56,642 nt of DNA, filler included, from Sphacelaria rigidula (GCA_964200075.2; 4 parts of 4 records of this genome joined end to end with filler, not necessarily neighbours in it); one strand, 5' to 3'; shown: positions 10,764 through 24,729, counted from the first letter of the whole stretch. The notes: generated by a model from the sequence alone, not told the origin. Numbers and translations are program-made.

Positions 10764-13700
10764 AGAGCATAGGACAATTGGGTGAACGGTTGTACAAGTT
10801 GGACTATTTTTCGCGATAGAGATGGTGGTACGTTCCCGTGAGATGTGCTCATCTGAGTTACACAACACTAGGGGGATCAAGAGCACTTACACTCCAAGCG
10901 TTTGCGGCGTTGACGCTTCTCCTCTCGTTGGAAACTCGGGCATCAGCGGGTGGAGAAACCCGATGCCCACGGGGCACCATCCGCTTCTGCAGCAGTCGTC
11001 GTCACTGTTTGTGCAAGCTCTTGATCGCCGTTACTGTGTGTTTCAAATATCCCCGCATCCTATCTTTTGTTCTACCGTGAAAGCATACGCGACTTCGACG
11101 GCATTTGCTTGCAGTTCAGCTCGCAATTCCAGATATATTATGTACCCCACCAAAAACATGTTCTCATTGTATGTAGCAACACCAAAATAAACCATTTTTG
11201 CGCATCTCAAAACGTCTCGAAGCACACTGTACGATGCTACTATAACCCATGGGGGCACCACGGTCAGCGTTGCTGTAAGTCCCTCCTCACTCCCTGCCCG
11301 TTCCGGCGCGCGGCTTTCGCATTTTTCATCTCGCCCCAAATCAGCTCTTCATAGAAAAGGGCCGGATGACTCTAGCGCGCCGGAGGGCCCCCAGGGAAAA
11401 GAGCAAGGGCTTTCTCGGCTGGAAGAAAAAGGGCGCCGTTCTCTTCCAGTCTCCGAAACCGAAGGGACACTGGAAGTGCTTCTTCTCCATGTTCAGCAAA
11501 GCCGGGCGAGATATTCGAAATTCTGAGCTGGTGATTTCATCGAAGGGAAGGGTGGCGGTGCAGACAGTCGAGGGGGGAGTGCTTTGGGAGCCGTCTCTCA
11601 GTAGGTCGGATGCGGAGGTTCATGGGGTAGGCGGGGAGGGATTTGACGACCATGGCGTAGCAGGATAGTGCTCTATTGTCGAGTATTCAGTACAATTGTT
11701 TCGGTCGTACGTTGACCTTTTGTAACTGCCCTCGTATTTGTCATTTTGATGTAGGAGGTAAGCGATATTCTGTGGAGGATGGTTGTTGGGGGGTATGTTT
11801 TTTGTTTGTCACTGTTGATCTTGTCAAGTGGTGCTCGACTCTAGTCGGACGCCATTATCTGGGTTTGGTGTTCATTTACAACCATGGAATCACCATCGAT
11901 TGGCCTTCGCTCCTTTGTACTTTGAAAAATGGTCGATTCGTGATCGATTCATTGTCATCTTGGAGTTTGAGAGAGGCATCGTTGAACTAGTTGGGAAAGC
12001 GTCGGCGCCGCCGTTTTCGTATCGTGTTGTGTCGTGTTGTGTCGTGTCGTGTCGTGACTTGAGCTCCATCCAGTCGTCGGCACGACAGCGTTTGGTTCAT
12101 CACCTTTCGTGTGGTAGAGCTGAATATCCCTCACACATCGATATACAGCACAACACACACACATACACAAAGAGTTTCTACTTCAATACCGCATGTACTG
12201 TAGCGTCATCCTTATATCCTTATTCTCACGTTCCTTTAGCCTCACCGCGATCGCAACGCCCCACATTGACGCCAAGGCTTGAGCCCGTCATCGTGTGCTG
12301 CAACAAGTACCAGCAATGGCGTGCCGTTGTGTCGATCGGAAAGGACGGTATTACAGTTGTTGTACTGTCGCGGTACTAACGCAAGGGTTCAATAACATAT
12401 GGGCCGGCGTGGAAGGGTTAGTGTTCTATTGTCTCCACATCTCCGTGAAATACCGATTAATCATGACTCCCAAGGAAATAGTCGGATTGTTAACATCCAT
12501 TTTCTGCCAACCACTCGACGTCAAATCAGGTATGCTAGTAGCATCCTGTGCAAGCAGGATCCAGTTGTTTCCCTGAGCGAAACAGTTTGCCGATACTAAT
12601 ATTGTGCGAGTAAGAGAACCAGGTAGGGCCGTATCACAGATTCAGACAGCTAGGAGTAGTAGTTTGTAGACCCCTAAATTCAGTCAGTCTAAACATTATG
12701 GGCATGGCATAATATACGCACCACTTGGGAGATCTTCGTGTTTTCCGAGGAACGCAACTTATCAGGACCCACCGTCGATTTGACTCTTTGGTCATTGGTA
12801 AAAACAAGTGATGGTTGACTCGATCGGTGTTTCACCGCATAGTTACTACTATAACCCGTTATCCATTCGACTGTTGCCACTAGAGAAAGTTATCCGTGGT
12901 AAGCACTGTACATACTTCCTGTGTCGCGTAAGTTAGGTGAACCATTGGGTGCAGATCATATCTCCTCAACACAGGTGCTGATGATGCTATGGTTGGGTTC
13001 GTGCGAAGGACGTGGCGCAGACGATGAAAACAAACTAAAACAAGAAGAGATGGAAGTTTAGAGCTATTCCTATACCCAAAACAAGTTCAATTCAAATCCA
13101 ATTTTTGCGCAATTTTTTTTCAGTTTTTCGGGGGGAATTTTGGAACAAACGAAGTATATAAGGGCATACCCGCCGGGGGAGGGCCTGGTAGAGAGCAGGG
13201 ACGTCAGAAAGGCTGTCAGAGTACGACAAGGAGGCCTTCAGAACAGGTTGGAACAAACTAGAATCGGATCAAGCCCCAGTGACGACGAGTACGGCTTGCT
13301 GTTTTTTGTGTTTGTTTTTTCCAACGTTTTCTAGCCCCCGTCATCGGGGCGGAATACGCCATTTTCGGGTCGACTCAAAAGGCTTCGGTCGCTCGGCCGC
13401 ATGGTGAAAATGAACGTGGGTAAAGCAAAAAATGAGATTCGACTGAAAAAACGCCGAAGGATAATGAAAAAGAGAATTTAGGAAATAATCGGTCACGGTC
13501 ACGGTCAAGGGCCTGCACAAACATCGTTTACCTAACTTGTGGGACAGAGGGAGCAGAAACACCAGCTGAAAGCTCTAGAAGGAGGGGCGTTGAACAAAGA
13601 AGCAGTACAACCAGAGCAAGCTGAATGGGAAGATGAGAGCAACAACTGGAGTTCAAAGGAAGAGCGAAAGGAAGGCAAAAGACGAGGAAGGGAAGCCGGT

Positions 13701-14091
13701 CTCGACAACACCCTTCAGACCGGCCCACTTGCATGCAAAGGGAGATCGTGAAAAAAATCGAATACGACAAAATGAATCACAACAGAGTATCCAAGAGAAC
13801 CTGTGCTATGCCGTTTCCAATACTGTTGTTTGAACTGAAGACAGGGTAAATGGCAAGAAAGAGAGCATAAGAAAGGGAGCAAACTGAGCAAAACAACGAA
13901 AAACAGAATAAGATACAACGGAAAAGAAAAAATAAAGAATATGAAAAGGAAGGGGATGAAGAGGGACAAGAAGAACCATTTGTAGTGAGCCTGCAAAGGG
14001 TTCCTTCCTGAAAGCGATTGTACTGCAATAGGCGATCGCTTCTGCCCCAAACGCCCCCCCCCCCTCCACGGATGGTTAGACGCCCATGAGG

Positions 14092-14191
14092 NNNNNNNNN
14101 NNNNNNNNNNNNNNNNNNNNNNNNNNNNNNNNNNNTTAATTAATTAANNNNNNNNNNNNNNNNNNNNNNNNNNNNNNNNNNNNNNNNNNNN
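14092..14191. other. Artificial scaffold linker (44 N + TTAATTAATTAA + 44 N)
   Basis: Identical 100-nt spacer with stops in all six frames, present three times. Confidence 0.97.
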
Positions 14192-15225
14192 ACACGACCA
14201 TTTTGTTCTTGCGCATAATCTGGCATAGCGCCTTGCATCTGGGGGGTGTATAGCGCGGTTTGAGGTAGTACTTCTCCCTCTTACGGTGGAAAATGACCGT
14301 CGGCTGGGAGGTTATCTCCCACGATGGGGCCGTTGACAATCTTGATGCCATCTTGCAGCACTACTCGTGCCTGTGCGGCGCAGTTCCCTACCGTAATTCC
14401 ACCTCATTTTGTGAAACGAAACGTCATCAGACACGCTATCATGCAACGACACGAGACGTTCCCGGTACTCCATGCAGTGCAATCACATCATCGCCAACAC
14501 ATCACCAATCGACCAGCGGCGGTGCCGTGCATTGGTCTGCAGTTCACAGCGATATGCTCAAGTCGAGCTGATTTGGTAAACTTGACAAGTTATGGTTGGA
14601 GATGTTAATGCTGCACATACTGCTGGCCCAGCTCGTACGTGAAATTGGAATTATCGAGGGGTCTACACGTCACACGTCACACGTTCACGTTACGTTCATC
14701 ACGTGAAAGAAAAAAAAACGTTCATGTTACGTTACGTATGTTATGTCAAAACAATTCTAACTTCACGTCAACGTTTCATTTGGATATATATAACGTTACG
14801 TTCATCACGTGAAAAAAAACGTTACGTTTCGTTATATGTAACGTGATGTGAAACGTTTGAATGTCACGTGTCACGTCTAATATATCGTTACGTTGACACC
14901 TTTGACGTTTGAATGTAACGTTTCATTCTGTGCATGTCACGGCTCATTTACCAGTATTAAAGGCGTTGTAACGTGTCGTGTCATGCGTGATGTTACCGTG
15001 TACGTGACGCTGACGGTGACCCGTCAGCTACTTCTCATGTTTGAAAAAAGCTTAAAAAAAATCGCGTTTTGTTTATAGAGCATTCTCTGATAACATTTTC
15101 TGATATCCCAAATGTATCAGAAAACCAGGATTTTCTTATAGCTTTGAGCTATCGAGACTTTTATTGAAAATGCGTTTGAAACCCTGCCGCACGCCAACAC
15201 ACCCTCTAGCCCACGACAGCAACCA

Positions 15226-15817
15226 TGATGGCCTGGCTGCCATAACCACTGCTGTCGCTGGTGCTCGCGGGCAGTAAGCGTGCTGCTTCATTGTCCTTCG
15301 CTCGCCAGTATCATGGTGGTCCTTTACCCCATGAGAACAGCACAGGGCAGGGTCGATGACAAGTGCTGTACAAACACTCTGTATGTAGTTTGCACACAGT
15401 ATTTTAGCTCGCAGTTCAGGTCTGTGCATGGAGCGTGTTGCGAACAGCACTCGCTACGCAGTACAGATTGCCCACGCACCCAAGACTTGTAGAGACAGGA
15501 CCGCACTGACTGTACACATGGGACCACAGTATGAGCAGTGCTGCTGCTGTAGTGTCTACAGGGCTTGGGTGATTGGGCAATCTGTACTGTATTCGAGTGT
15601 TGTTTGCAGCACGCTGCATGCACAGACCTGAACTGAGCTACAATACTGTGCAAACTACATACAGAGTGTTCGTACAGCACTCGTCATAGACCCTACCCTG
15701 TGCTATTCTTATGGGGGTAAGGGCCACCGTGCTACTGGCGAGCGAAGGACAGTAAGTCAACACGCTGACTGCCCGCGAGCACTAGCGACAGCAGTAGTGA
15801 TGCCAGCCAAGCCATCA
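15226..15817. repeat. ~590-nt fold-back hairpin inside the hAT-like element
   Basis: Arms of about 280 nt pair throughout, e.g. ACACTCTGTATGTAGTTTGCACA with TGTGCAAACTACATACAGAGTGT. Confidence 0.92.
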
Positions 15818-16509
15818 CTACAGCCAATGCATACAATACAGTACTGTTGTGTGTACTTGTCCGTGCTGTCCTTTCAGTCAAGTACTACGAGCTGGGCCAG
15901 CTTTTAAGCGGCGAAAAGGTGCTCACACCACAGCTTTCCCAGTTTCCCAAGTGAACCAGATGTAAGCATATCCCTGTGAACTGCAGACCCACCTGATGAC
16001 GAAGGACTCTTTTTCGATGCCCACGTGCGTTGATGCGCGTAGGATCACATCATTCACGTCTTCTTTAAAATTACAACCACGTCAAGACGGAATTTCATCA
16101 AATGCGGAGGGATTCATTCACATGGTGCGCCAGTACAAATCCCGTCCTTAGCAATTTTGTGTACCATGAGAACCCCCCCCTCCCCCCGCACCCCCAACGA
16201 GGAACTTACTCGGTGTCATTGAACCCAGTTCAGGCACGAGTACTTTTGTTCTCAGTCTAAGATGAAGTGACTTGTTTTGTATGGAAATTAGTGTGGTGTC
16301 CTACTTTACATACGATTTTGTATACCGTGATGAATACCCCCGCCCCGTGTTGCAATGGTCAAACGACTAAGGCAAGCAACGAATGATTACGCCCCCCCCC
16401 CCGTCGGGCGGCCCAAAGTGATGAAAACGGAGTGGGGGTCCCAGATTTGGATTTGTGCGCCCCGGGATGATGCAAAAAAACACCATGACGGAAACAAACA
16501 AGAAAAGTT

Positions 16510-16570
16510 ATAGGGATTCGAACTCGTGACGTCAGTGATTGGAGTCGGCTTCATCACTGGGGTGCAGCAA
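16510..16570 (-). repeat. tRNA-like (SINE head) fragment
   Basis: Minus strand contains GAGTTCGAATCCC B box; no complete cloverleaf. Confidence 0.35.
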
Positions 16571-19500
16571 CGTCACGGAAAACGTTGCACGCACGGCCCA
16601 ATTCGACGACTCTTGAGCTGAGATTTCGGGAAGTGCTTCTGCACCCAAGGGAATGATACTTTACAACAGCAGCTGCAGATTATCCTTTCTTTCATGGACT
16701 CATGACATTATCTTGTTTTTGCTGAAATTTTGAATGCCCATAACTCCTTCATTTGAACTTTTTTTATTTGCTGCTGACCTGATCTTCTGCATTGCGATCA
16801 TGAAAACCTGCTGTCAAAAGTTTGGCGTCCAACTCCTTATATCACGCCGTGCGTCGCCTGAGCGAGAAAACTACCCATGCTTGGCTAGCCCACCTCGTAC
16901 CCTGCAGTAAAAAAGCACAACCTTCACTTCTATAGCCAGTTGGTACAGCAAGGCGGTGTTTGTACTGATCGTCTTGCGTCACGTAGCCCACCATGTATTG
17001 CTCAGCCGATGTATCACAGTAGTACAGACAGTCAGCACGGACCGTACACCACGACACGACAGCAGAGTGCTGCGTCTGTCTCTCGCGCCCCAAAAATTGA
17101 AATTATGCCTGCACACCTCATATAAAATGATGAACAGTGCGTTTTCAATTTTGACAGAGCGCCAATCCCGTAAGAAGCTACCTTGAAAACTCATGTGGGA
17201 AATCGCGCTATTGAAAAACGGCATTTCTGACAACGTGTTTTTCATACATAAGAAGGAGCCTTGAATGTGGTCGAGATGATTATGATCTAATGATGCAGTG
17301 CTGCAACGATTAGTTGGAATGTGAGATGTGATGACGAGAGCGCGAAATCGCTGAAATAGTGCCATACCTATACCATGGTCATTCAAACTCACTCGTGTTT
17401 ATTGACGCACAATCATCTGGGATTTGACACTTCATTGCAAACTTGGAAGTTTTACCACTTCATGTGACGTGTTCATGACGTTTCATGTAACGTGTAACGT
17501 AAGATGCAACGTGTAATGCATGCGTAACGTGTAATAGACGTTACACGTTACATGGAACGTTTCATATTACGTTATTTGAACGTTTGGGCAATTTAACGTT
17601 CACGTTACGTTACGTTTGTCAACTTGAAAAATTCGAACGTTACGTTAACGTTATATTCATCACGTAAAACAAAATAACGTTCACGTTACGTTTCGGCCAA
17701 AACGTCACGTGAACGTAACGTTAAACGCTGTGGCACGCGTAACGTGTAGACCCCTGGAATCATTATATGTGATGTACACCGCGGGCCGTCGATCAAGCGT
17801 AAAAAGAGTACATACTAAAAACGTCCTGGAAAAAACACGTTAGAGATGTACCTATAGGTTACATCTAATACACGATTGCACCTTTTTGAACTCGCGAAAA
17901 GGTAGAAACTCCCAAATGCGAGCTTTGGTCACTGCGAAAACGTCACTTCGAGTTCGGCGCACTAATCTGTCCCGTTAGCATACTTGAACTTAAAGTGCTG
18001 CGTCGTTTTGATGGGCTGCACCATCAACAGTGGGACAAAGACAACCATATCTTGCCTTGCCCGAGAAGGAGACCCTTGCAATCATCATTTTTCCATCAAC
18101 AATTCCAAGTGGGTTGAATGCCCTCTCTCGTCGGCAAATGTTGCACCTACCGGCCCAACCGTATATTTCACGCCCAATACACATACGGAACTCATACACA
18201 TCCAATCCCCAAGGCACTCACCCACGCACAACGTATTGTGCCGGCAATATATGATCCTCTCGGGCGTGAAACATTTTGCGCGTTCATAATACATCACGCT
18301 TGTCCAGCATGTGATGTTTTACCCCATCGATGTGTGTTGGTGGACCTACCGAAGGAACGTGCTGTGCGCGTAACCTACCTCCAAGTCATACGTGGCCGGC
18401 TATATGTACGACCGACACAAATTACGTTCCAAAATTGGTCTACACGTTGTTCGCTCAAGACGTACCGACTTGCCTTTGCGCCAGGATATCGGTTAGTCAA
18501 AATATATTGTTTACCGCAAATGGGTTTCTGTAGAGTACATCATATCAAGCCAGGCACGAGTTCGGAACAAATCTCAGGGTTATCTTTAACTACCCGCGAG
18601 ACTGGACGAATATCCTGTTTCATTGACGGGATATCTCGTCAGGATGTGAAGGGATGTCTACTTTTTTCATCTCTCTATCGCACTAGCCAGGTTATTCAGA
18701 CCCGCGGTCGAAAGGTAACGTGCCGAGGTAACCCCGCAAAGAGGCATTGTTTATCCTCCGGTGGGAAGTATTTCACTGCAGTAGCGAGCTGCAGGCTGGA
18801 ATGCTTGCCCCCCGAAAAAAGCACACCATCAACACGTGAGCTCGGACGGGTAAATTCTAAGCAGCAGTCTTCCCTCTTCAAGAAATACACGACCAACAGC
18901 AAAGCTCGGAACAGAAAACCTCTGAGCAGCGCCGAACCAGTAACCAACAATGTAATTACCGGGAGAAAGTAGTAAGGTACATATCGACGAGAACATGAGT
19001 AGAGATCGATAGGGGCAGCTGCTATCAGGGACAGACTGAAGACATAAAATAGAAGGGAAGAAAGAAGGGGATAACCAGTGGTCGAGACGAGATCTCGACG
19101 ACTCACGAAGTGCAAAGCCGGAGCAACAACGAGCAGTATGGAGCACAAGATGCAAACAAGACGGGAAAAAAGTCAAAGGAAGACATCTTTGAGTCCAAAA
19201 ACGCAAACCGATCAAAAGTGCCTATTTTGACGATTCGCTAACGTTCTGCCCCTGGGTAGAAGGCCGGACGGGTTATTCGATCTGGGAATGATATGTTCCA
19301 CCACCTGACAGGATTCCAGGACACATCGAAGAGTCTCCGTGCGTGTACTTTGAAGCTGGGCGCGAGAAATGAAAATGGTGCTTTCGTACAAACCTTCCCG
19401 AGTCATGAAAATGCATGCAAGATCAACACGATTGATCGGTGTGTAGCACAGTTCACGTCTTTTTTCCTTGACTAGAGTCAAACTGCACACACCAAAATTC

Positions 19501-20552
19501 GTCAAGGAGTGCTGATATGCTCTCCGATTGTAGAGCGAATCATTCCAAGGTCGCATGACTCGCCTGTCTATCTCTTCACTTCAAACATTCTGCCAAAGGG
19601 TCAAAACACGCGCTCTTCATCGCTTCCACACCTGACCCCAATATAGGTGGTACGTAAGAAGTAACAATATGAAACGGGAACCGAAACACTACCCGAGAGA
19701 TCCAGAAATGACATCTAGCGAGGCAGCGAGGATAACGGGGAATCAACTCGAAAACAAGAAAAACAACAAGTACAACGTGCCGCCTCGGGATGGAACAAGA
19801 ATGTTTTCCTTTCCTCCGGAAAACGACGAGACATGACAAAAATATTGGAATTATGTCGGGACGGGACGCCCCCTCCCTGAAAGAAGACAGGACAAGACAA
19901 CCCATCCCGCACCGTCATTTTTCCACGACATTTTTCTCTTGTGAAAAGCTGTGGATTTGGCAAATAAACTGCATGGGAGGAGAAAGTTGATTCCTCAGGC
20001 ATCGCTCCCTGACAATATACCAACCCCACCACCAGACGAAGGTCTGAGGTGGAGAACGATTGCATATGGATTGGTATCCGGTGAATGACACCACCCTTGC
20101 AAAGAACTGTACATGAGAGCAACCACACATGCCTTTTCGTCGGCTACCCTCCCCTGTGCGTGGTGTGGCATCCGCGGAAAAGTCATACTGGCGGAGACGA
20201 TTCCCTCATGCTATTCGCCTGTTTGAACCAGGTCTGCTGATGTGGTGCCGGTTGCCAATTTCTTTTTCCACCACAGGTTTTAAAAGCGTCCGTATTTTCT
20301 TCAAAAATAACGGATATCGCGGGATTTCGGTCTGTAAGCCACTGTACACACTTCGCTTCAAAATCTTCAGAGCAAGCTGTCGCAGCACGGGGCAAGTATG
20401 ACTGAGGGTGAAAATGATTGGAAAGCACGACATATGTGATGGGCAAAGTATACTCGAAGCGCTTTAGCGAAATGAGGTTGTGTGGGACGAGGAGGGGTCA
20501 AGTGTGTAGCTGCTTCGGTTTCCCTCACCACCACCCTCCGCGGACCACCCAC

Positions 20553-20617
20553 TGCTCCGTCTCGAAAGGGGTGCGTGGTCAATGGTCGCACGACTAAGGC
20601 AAGCAACAAATGAGTAC
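20553..20617 (+). mobile_element. 65-bp TIR-less repeat inserted with a 13-bp direct repeat
   Basis: Flanked by GCGGACCACCCAC at 20540-20552 and 20618-20630; related copies at ~1-45, 16353-16392, 39302-39375(-), 42401-42462(-), 50291-50361, 55878-55943 and 56588-56638(-). Confidence 0.75.
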
Positions 20618-23600
20618 GCGGACCACCCACGTCGTATTGCGACAGACTGCCAAATACTTTGTCGCCGGATGAAGTCTAGGAATTGCTTCAGAGTGATATT
20701 TTCGATTTGCTCCAATCTGGCCATTTTTTTCTCTCCTGTGGGTTTTCTTTCCTGTGACAATGTCGCGTTCGTTGATATTCTTCTCAGAGATATGAGAGGC
20801 TTCCGTGGTAGACTACTACAGATATCATATAGGACCTTGTAGAAGACAGGCTTCGAGCGACATTTCGGCAGTGAAACTGTTTCAGGCACTGATTGGCTAT
20901 TCCTGGAACTCTGGAGTTCTGGATCGCTGCTGACTAACGAGGCCAATGCAATGAAAAGTTACATGAAACTCATCCCACGGCCAAGAGCTTTCATTTGAGC
21001 CGCCCCTCTCCTTGCTTGGCGAGGTATTTCTTGAGAAACCCCAGTCGACGAATGGATCCGGACTTTCCATCCTTTCGGCTCCGACTCCCAATCATTTGCC
21101 AGACCCTCAATCACATGCTAGACTTTCAATTGAATGCTAGACTTTCAATCTGGCGAATACCCCTTTACCACCCTCCTTCTGCACCGTTCCCCACCTCGCG
21201 AAGGCAATGCATGCAACCATAGGGTTATCAGCATTCAACTGGAAACATCTAGCTGGATTATATGCGCCTCGTTGACGGATCACCTTGGTTCGATCACGTG
21301 CCGAGAAAACTGGCTGTTGATCACACTTGACTTGGTTTTGGTACGAAGTGTGCCTACGCAGCTGCATTCTAGGTACCGCTGTGCTCCCATCAAATGCAGA
21401 AATCTTTTCCTGTGCTGTGGGAGCTCCTGAAACAAGAAAGATGTGCACCTAGCGTCCAGACAATGGGCAAGCCATTCCAAAACTCTTGAGCGGGAATACA
21501 TACAGACATTCCGCGAATGAAACAAAGTGACACAAGTTCGATAACCTTGCAAACACCAGGGGGTCGAAGCGTCATCGACTTTGGGCAAAGTACACGGCCC
21601 GCGCTCAACACGGACTGTAACGTGTTATACTGGCTTTCCGACATCACAAAAGGGGCACAACGCCCATACATGGGGATTGATTTGTGCAGTAAAATAGAAG
21701 CTTCAGCGACTCAGAGGCCCTCCAGTAAGGAAACAGGGGGATCTAGCCCCAATGAAATACGAACTTGGAAGTGGATCGTGTAGTGATAAATGCTTGTGAT
21801 CGGCTCGCAGACTTGAGTCACATCTGTGGTGTACGCACGACAGACAGTACATATATGTATATACAGTAGTCGCGCCGGGACGGACAGAGCAGCAGCAGAG
21901 AAGCGAAGCAGCAGGAGCACAAGCAGAAGGCGAGTGGTACATTGCGGCCACAGGGGGTCAATGCGATGCTCGCTCATCGGTATATTCCCATCGTGGTACG
22001 GTTGGTTGTGTGTTCCTGTGGCCTCGAGCCGCAGCCGCGACCGCCATGTTGCCGGGTGCCATCAGTATTCAGGCGGTGTAGTATACCCGGCCTGTGCTGT
22101 AGGTTGCTCCTTTCAGCCAAGCATGGGGTTTGGCCCGGCCGGTCGAGCGGTGGTATAGAGGCGCTGGTTGTGCGTCTTTACCCAGCCATGCTCGGCTTCT
22201 CGCAAATGATGGGTCTGGGCAGCACCTCGCTTGTGTCACGGGGGATGAAACAGCCAACACACCATGATCTCTACACTTCACCTACAAACAGCACTACTGC
22301 CTGCCGACTGACACTATTTTCCCCCAAAACGAACACAACGACAACGCAGCAGCTCAAGCAATCCCAGCAGAGACGAAATCGTCTCCATAAGGCTTCAACA
22401 CACTACAGAACAGTCTTAGCTTTAGCACATGATGGAGAGCATGAGCGTGTTTGTACTGCAGTACAGTAAAGCAGGACATGCCCCATGCTTGAATTCTTCA
22501 CGTGATTTTCAAGGGGTCCTCAACTCTGGCCCCTTTGCGCAAACATTTCCGACAAAATTATCCTCATGTATGAATCCTGACCTAGAAAAGGGCTGGTTAT
22601 CAGATTTTATACTCCGATCAGTACGGAAATTGCATGATATCTGCCTCAAGCAAAACATGAAGCAAAATTATGCACCGGTGTAGCATGAGTCTGAGAGAGC
22701 TTGGCTTGGCCAGCACGAGCCATGTGCGGCGAAACTTCCGCGGTTATGTCGATTCTAGTGAACGCCTCAGCCGCATTTCACTGTGCTCAGACACGCGGTT
22801 AAGATTCATCAATACCTGTACTCACACAGCATCAAGTGAACCCACTCAACTTGATATGCATAGCTTAGACACATACTCGCCAGTCCAGCAAGCTTTCATG
22901 TCGTGTACCGCTGACGCGAATGACAGGACTAGGAGGCATGTCCATGCTACTCCACGTTGAAGTCTCGCCTGCTCGATTCTGGCTTAAATCGAGACAAAAA
23001 AACAACGTCCGACGGAAACGTTGGTGAAGACGCCGATCCCGAAATGCCCTTTGCAACCTCAACCCTTTTTTTATAGGAAAATGGCCGTTGAAACTTTCCC
23101 ATTTCCAGTTCGGGGTATCAAGGCGTGTCATCAATAAAAGGCAACCCGGATATCAAATCTGTGAAGATGATATATTGCACGCACACATATCCTACGTAAA
23201 GTCAACCAGCCTATTACGAGCCAGTACGGTTCAGCAGGAGGTACCAAGAGGACCGTCCAGGAACCCTCCACGGCTCATATTGCAAGCTCCATAGTTGGGG
23301 CCTAGAGCTGGGATTTAGAGCGAGAAGGATCAGATAGAGCCGTGCACAAGCGGGTGGCCTCTGAATGAAGAATACTCCCCATGACAATGCAGCGCCCCAC
23401 TCGGGTACGTCGTCTGCTCAGCCCATCAAGATTTCTCGTGACAAATACCTTGCTCCGCTATGAAACGGTGCGCCGCGAGAAAGCGCACCAACGCGGCCAC
23501 ATCAAACATCTCACAAGCGCACAGAACCTATGCTATCGAATTAGTGGGGGTACACATAACTGTTGCCAAAGTTGGGTCAAGTCAGGCTCTGCAAACGCCA

Positions 23601-24729
23601 AGTGAAGTTCCCGTAGTTGAACCGACGGGTTTTGACCAATTCATTTTTATTGTGACAAATTGAGGGCTAATGTTGCCCTGATCTTTTCCCGGCTGTTTCA
23701 GTATATTCAAGACCTCATCAACCACGGCCGAAGCTCATTAAGGCATGGCGGCGCGTGCACTGCGCCAAGTTGATAGGGGGTTCTAGTGGGCGCAACCCCC
23801 ACACTGCCTTGAACAAGCTTGCGAACGGTCGAGGCGCCTGCCCCACATGACTACCGCAAGGCAGTCTAGCCGAGCCTCCGGGCAATCGGCACACGAAGCC
23901 ATTCGCGGGGTAAGTGTTGGGTTGGGTTTCCTCCTTCCGTAAAGACATGATCGGGTGTCGAAAAAGTACTGCATGGCATGTACGACTGTGTAGAAACATC
24001 TCCAATACATTGATGATGTCTCACGTGAAGATTTGGTCCACTTTTCACCAGAAATGGGAAAGTAGCCGTTCCTTGGGGTGGTGTCCACCGTTCTGTCGTG
24101 TCTCAAACGGACGGTGGTGCTCCTGCCTGTACTAGGGATACATAGCAAGGGTGTCCATATCTTGATGATACATGCCATGCGTTCAGAAGCATCATGCAGT
24201 CCGCCCGCAAACGGCCAACACGTCAAGCAATACCCCTCCCGGGTAATGGTGTTTGGGGAGGTGGTACAGGTGGGTCCAAGATCATCATCCCCAAAATGTT
24301 TATCTGCAAACTTCACGCCATGTTAGGAAGATCCTGAAAAATGGCACAGATGTGCCATGTGCAACTACAACTTTTTTCGTGGTAGACTTTTGTTTTACTT
24401 CCTGATGTTTCACCGGTTTCCGGGGGTCTCAGCAAGGACCCCGTGGTACCCCCGAAACCGGTAGGAAATCGAACAATCAAGAAAAGCTGGTCCATCAAAA
24501 GTCGTTAAATCCCCCACCGTAAAAGTGTGAAAACGTTCATCGTCCAAATCCCGAGGACGTGGTGAAGTTTTGCGCTTTTGCCGACACGTGAGCTTCGAAC
24601 ATGCCAACTCCCAACTACTTAATTTTAGTTCCAAAACGTCGTTGTCGGGTATGTTCGACGCAATTGCGACGAAAACTGTGCGAGGTTTTCGAGTTTCGCT
24701 ACCAGACTTCGTACACATGGTTCTCGGAC

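Larger units (their letters stand above)
14656..17756. mobile_element. hAT-like non-autonomous element, 3.1 kb, with ACGT-rich subterminal arrays
   Basis: Ends (C)AGGGGTCTACACGT / ACGTGTAGACCCCTG, degraded 8-bp flanks GAATTATC/GAATCATT, dense CACGTTACGTT repeats at both ends. Confidence 0.75.

Noticed and set aside
13331-13352. Helitron 3' end (hairpin plus CTAG on the minus strand)
   Set aside because: The hairpin abuts CTAG, the next base is not T and no 5' end was found; too weak
14136-14147. TTAATTAATTAA as a regulatory or recombination site recurring every ~14.2 kb
   Set aside because: It is embedded in Ns and is an assembly linker; the periodicity comes from size sorting
14661-15010. 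ACGT-rich array as a G-box enhancer cluster
   Set aside because: It is mirrored at 17460-17756 and 27276-27444 as transposon subterminal sequence
18118-18972. 284-aa plus-strand ORF
   Set aside because: No recognisable motif; probably the antisense of decayed minus-strand coding sequence
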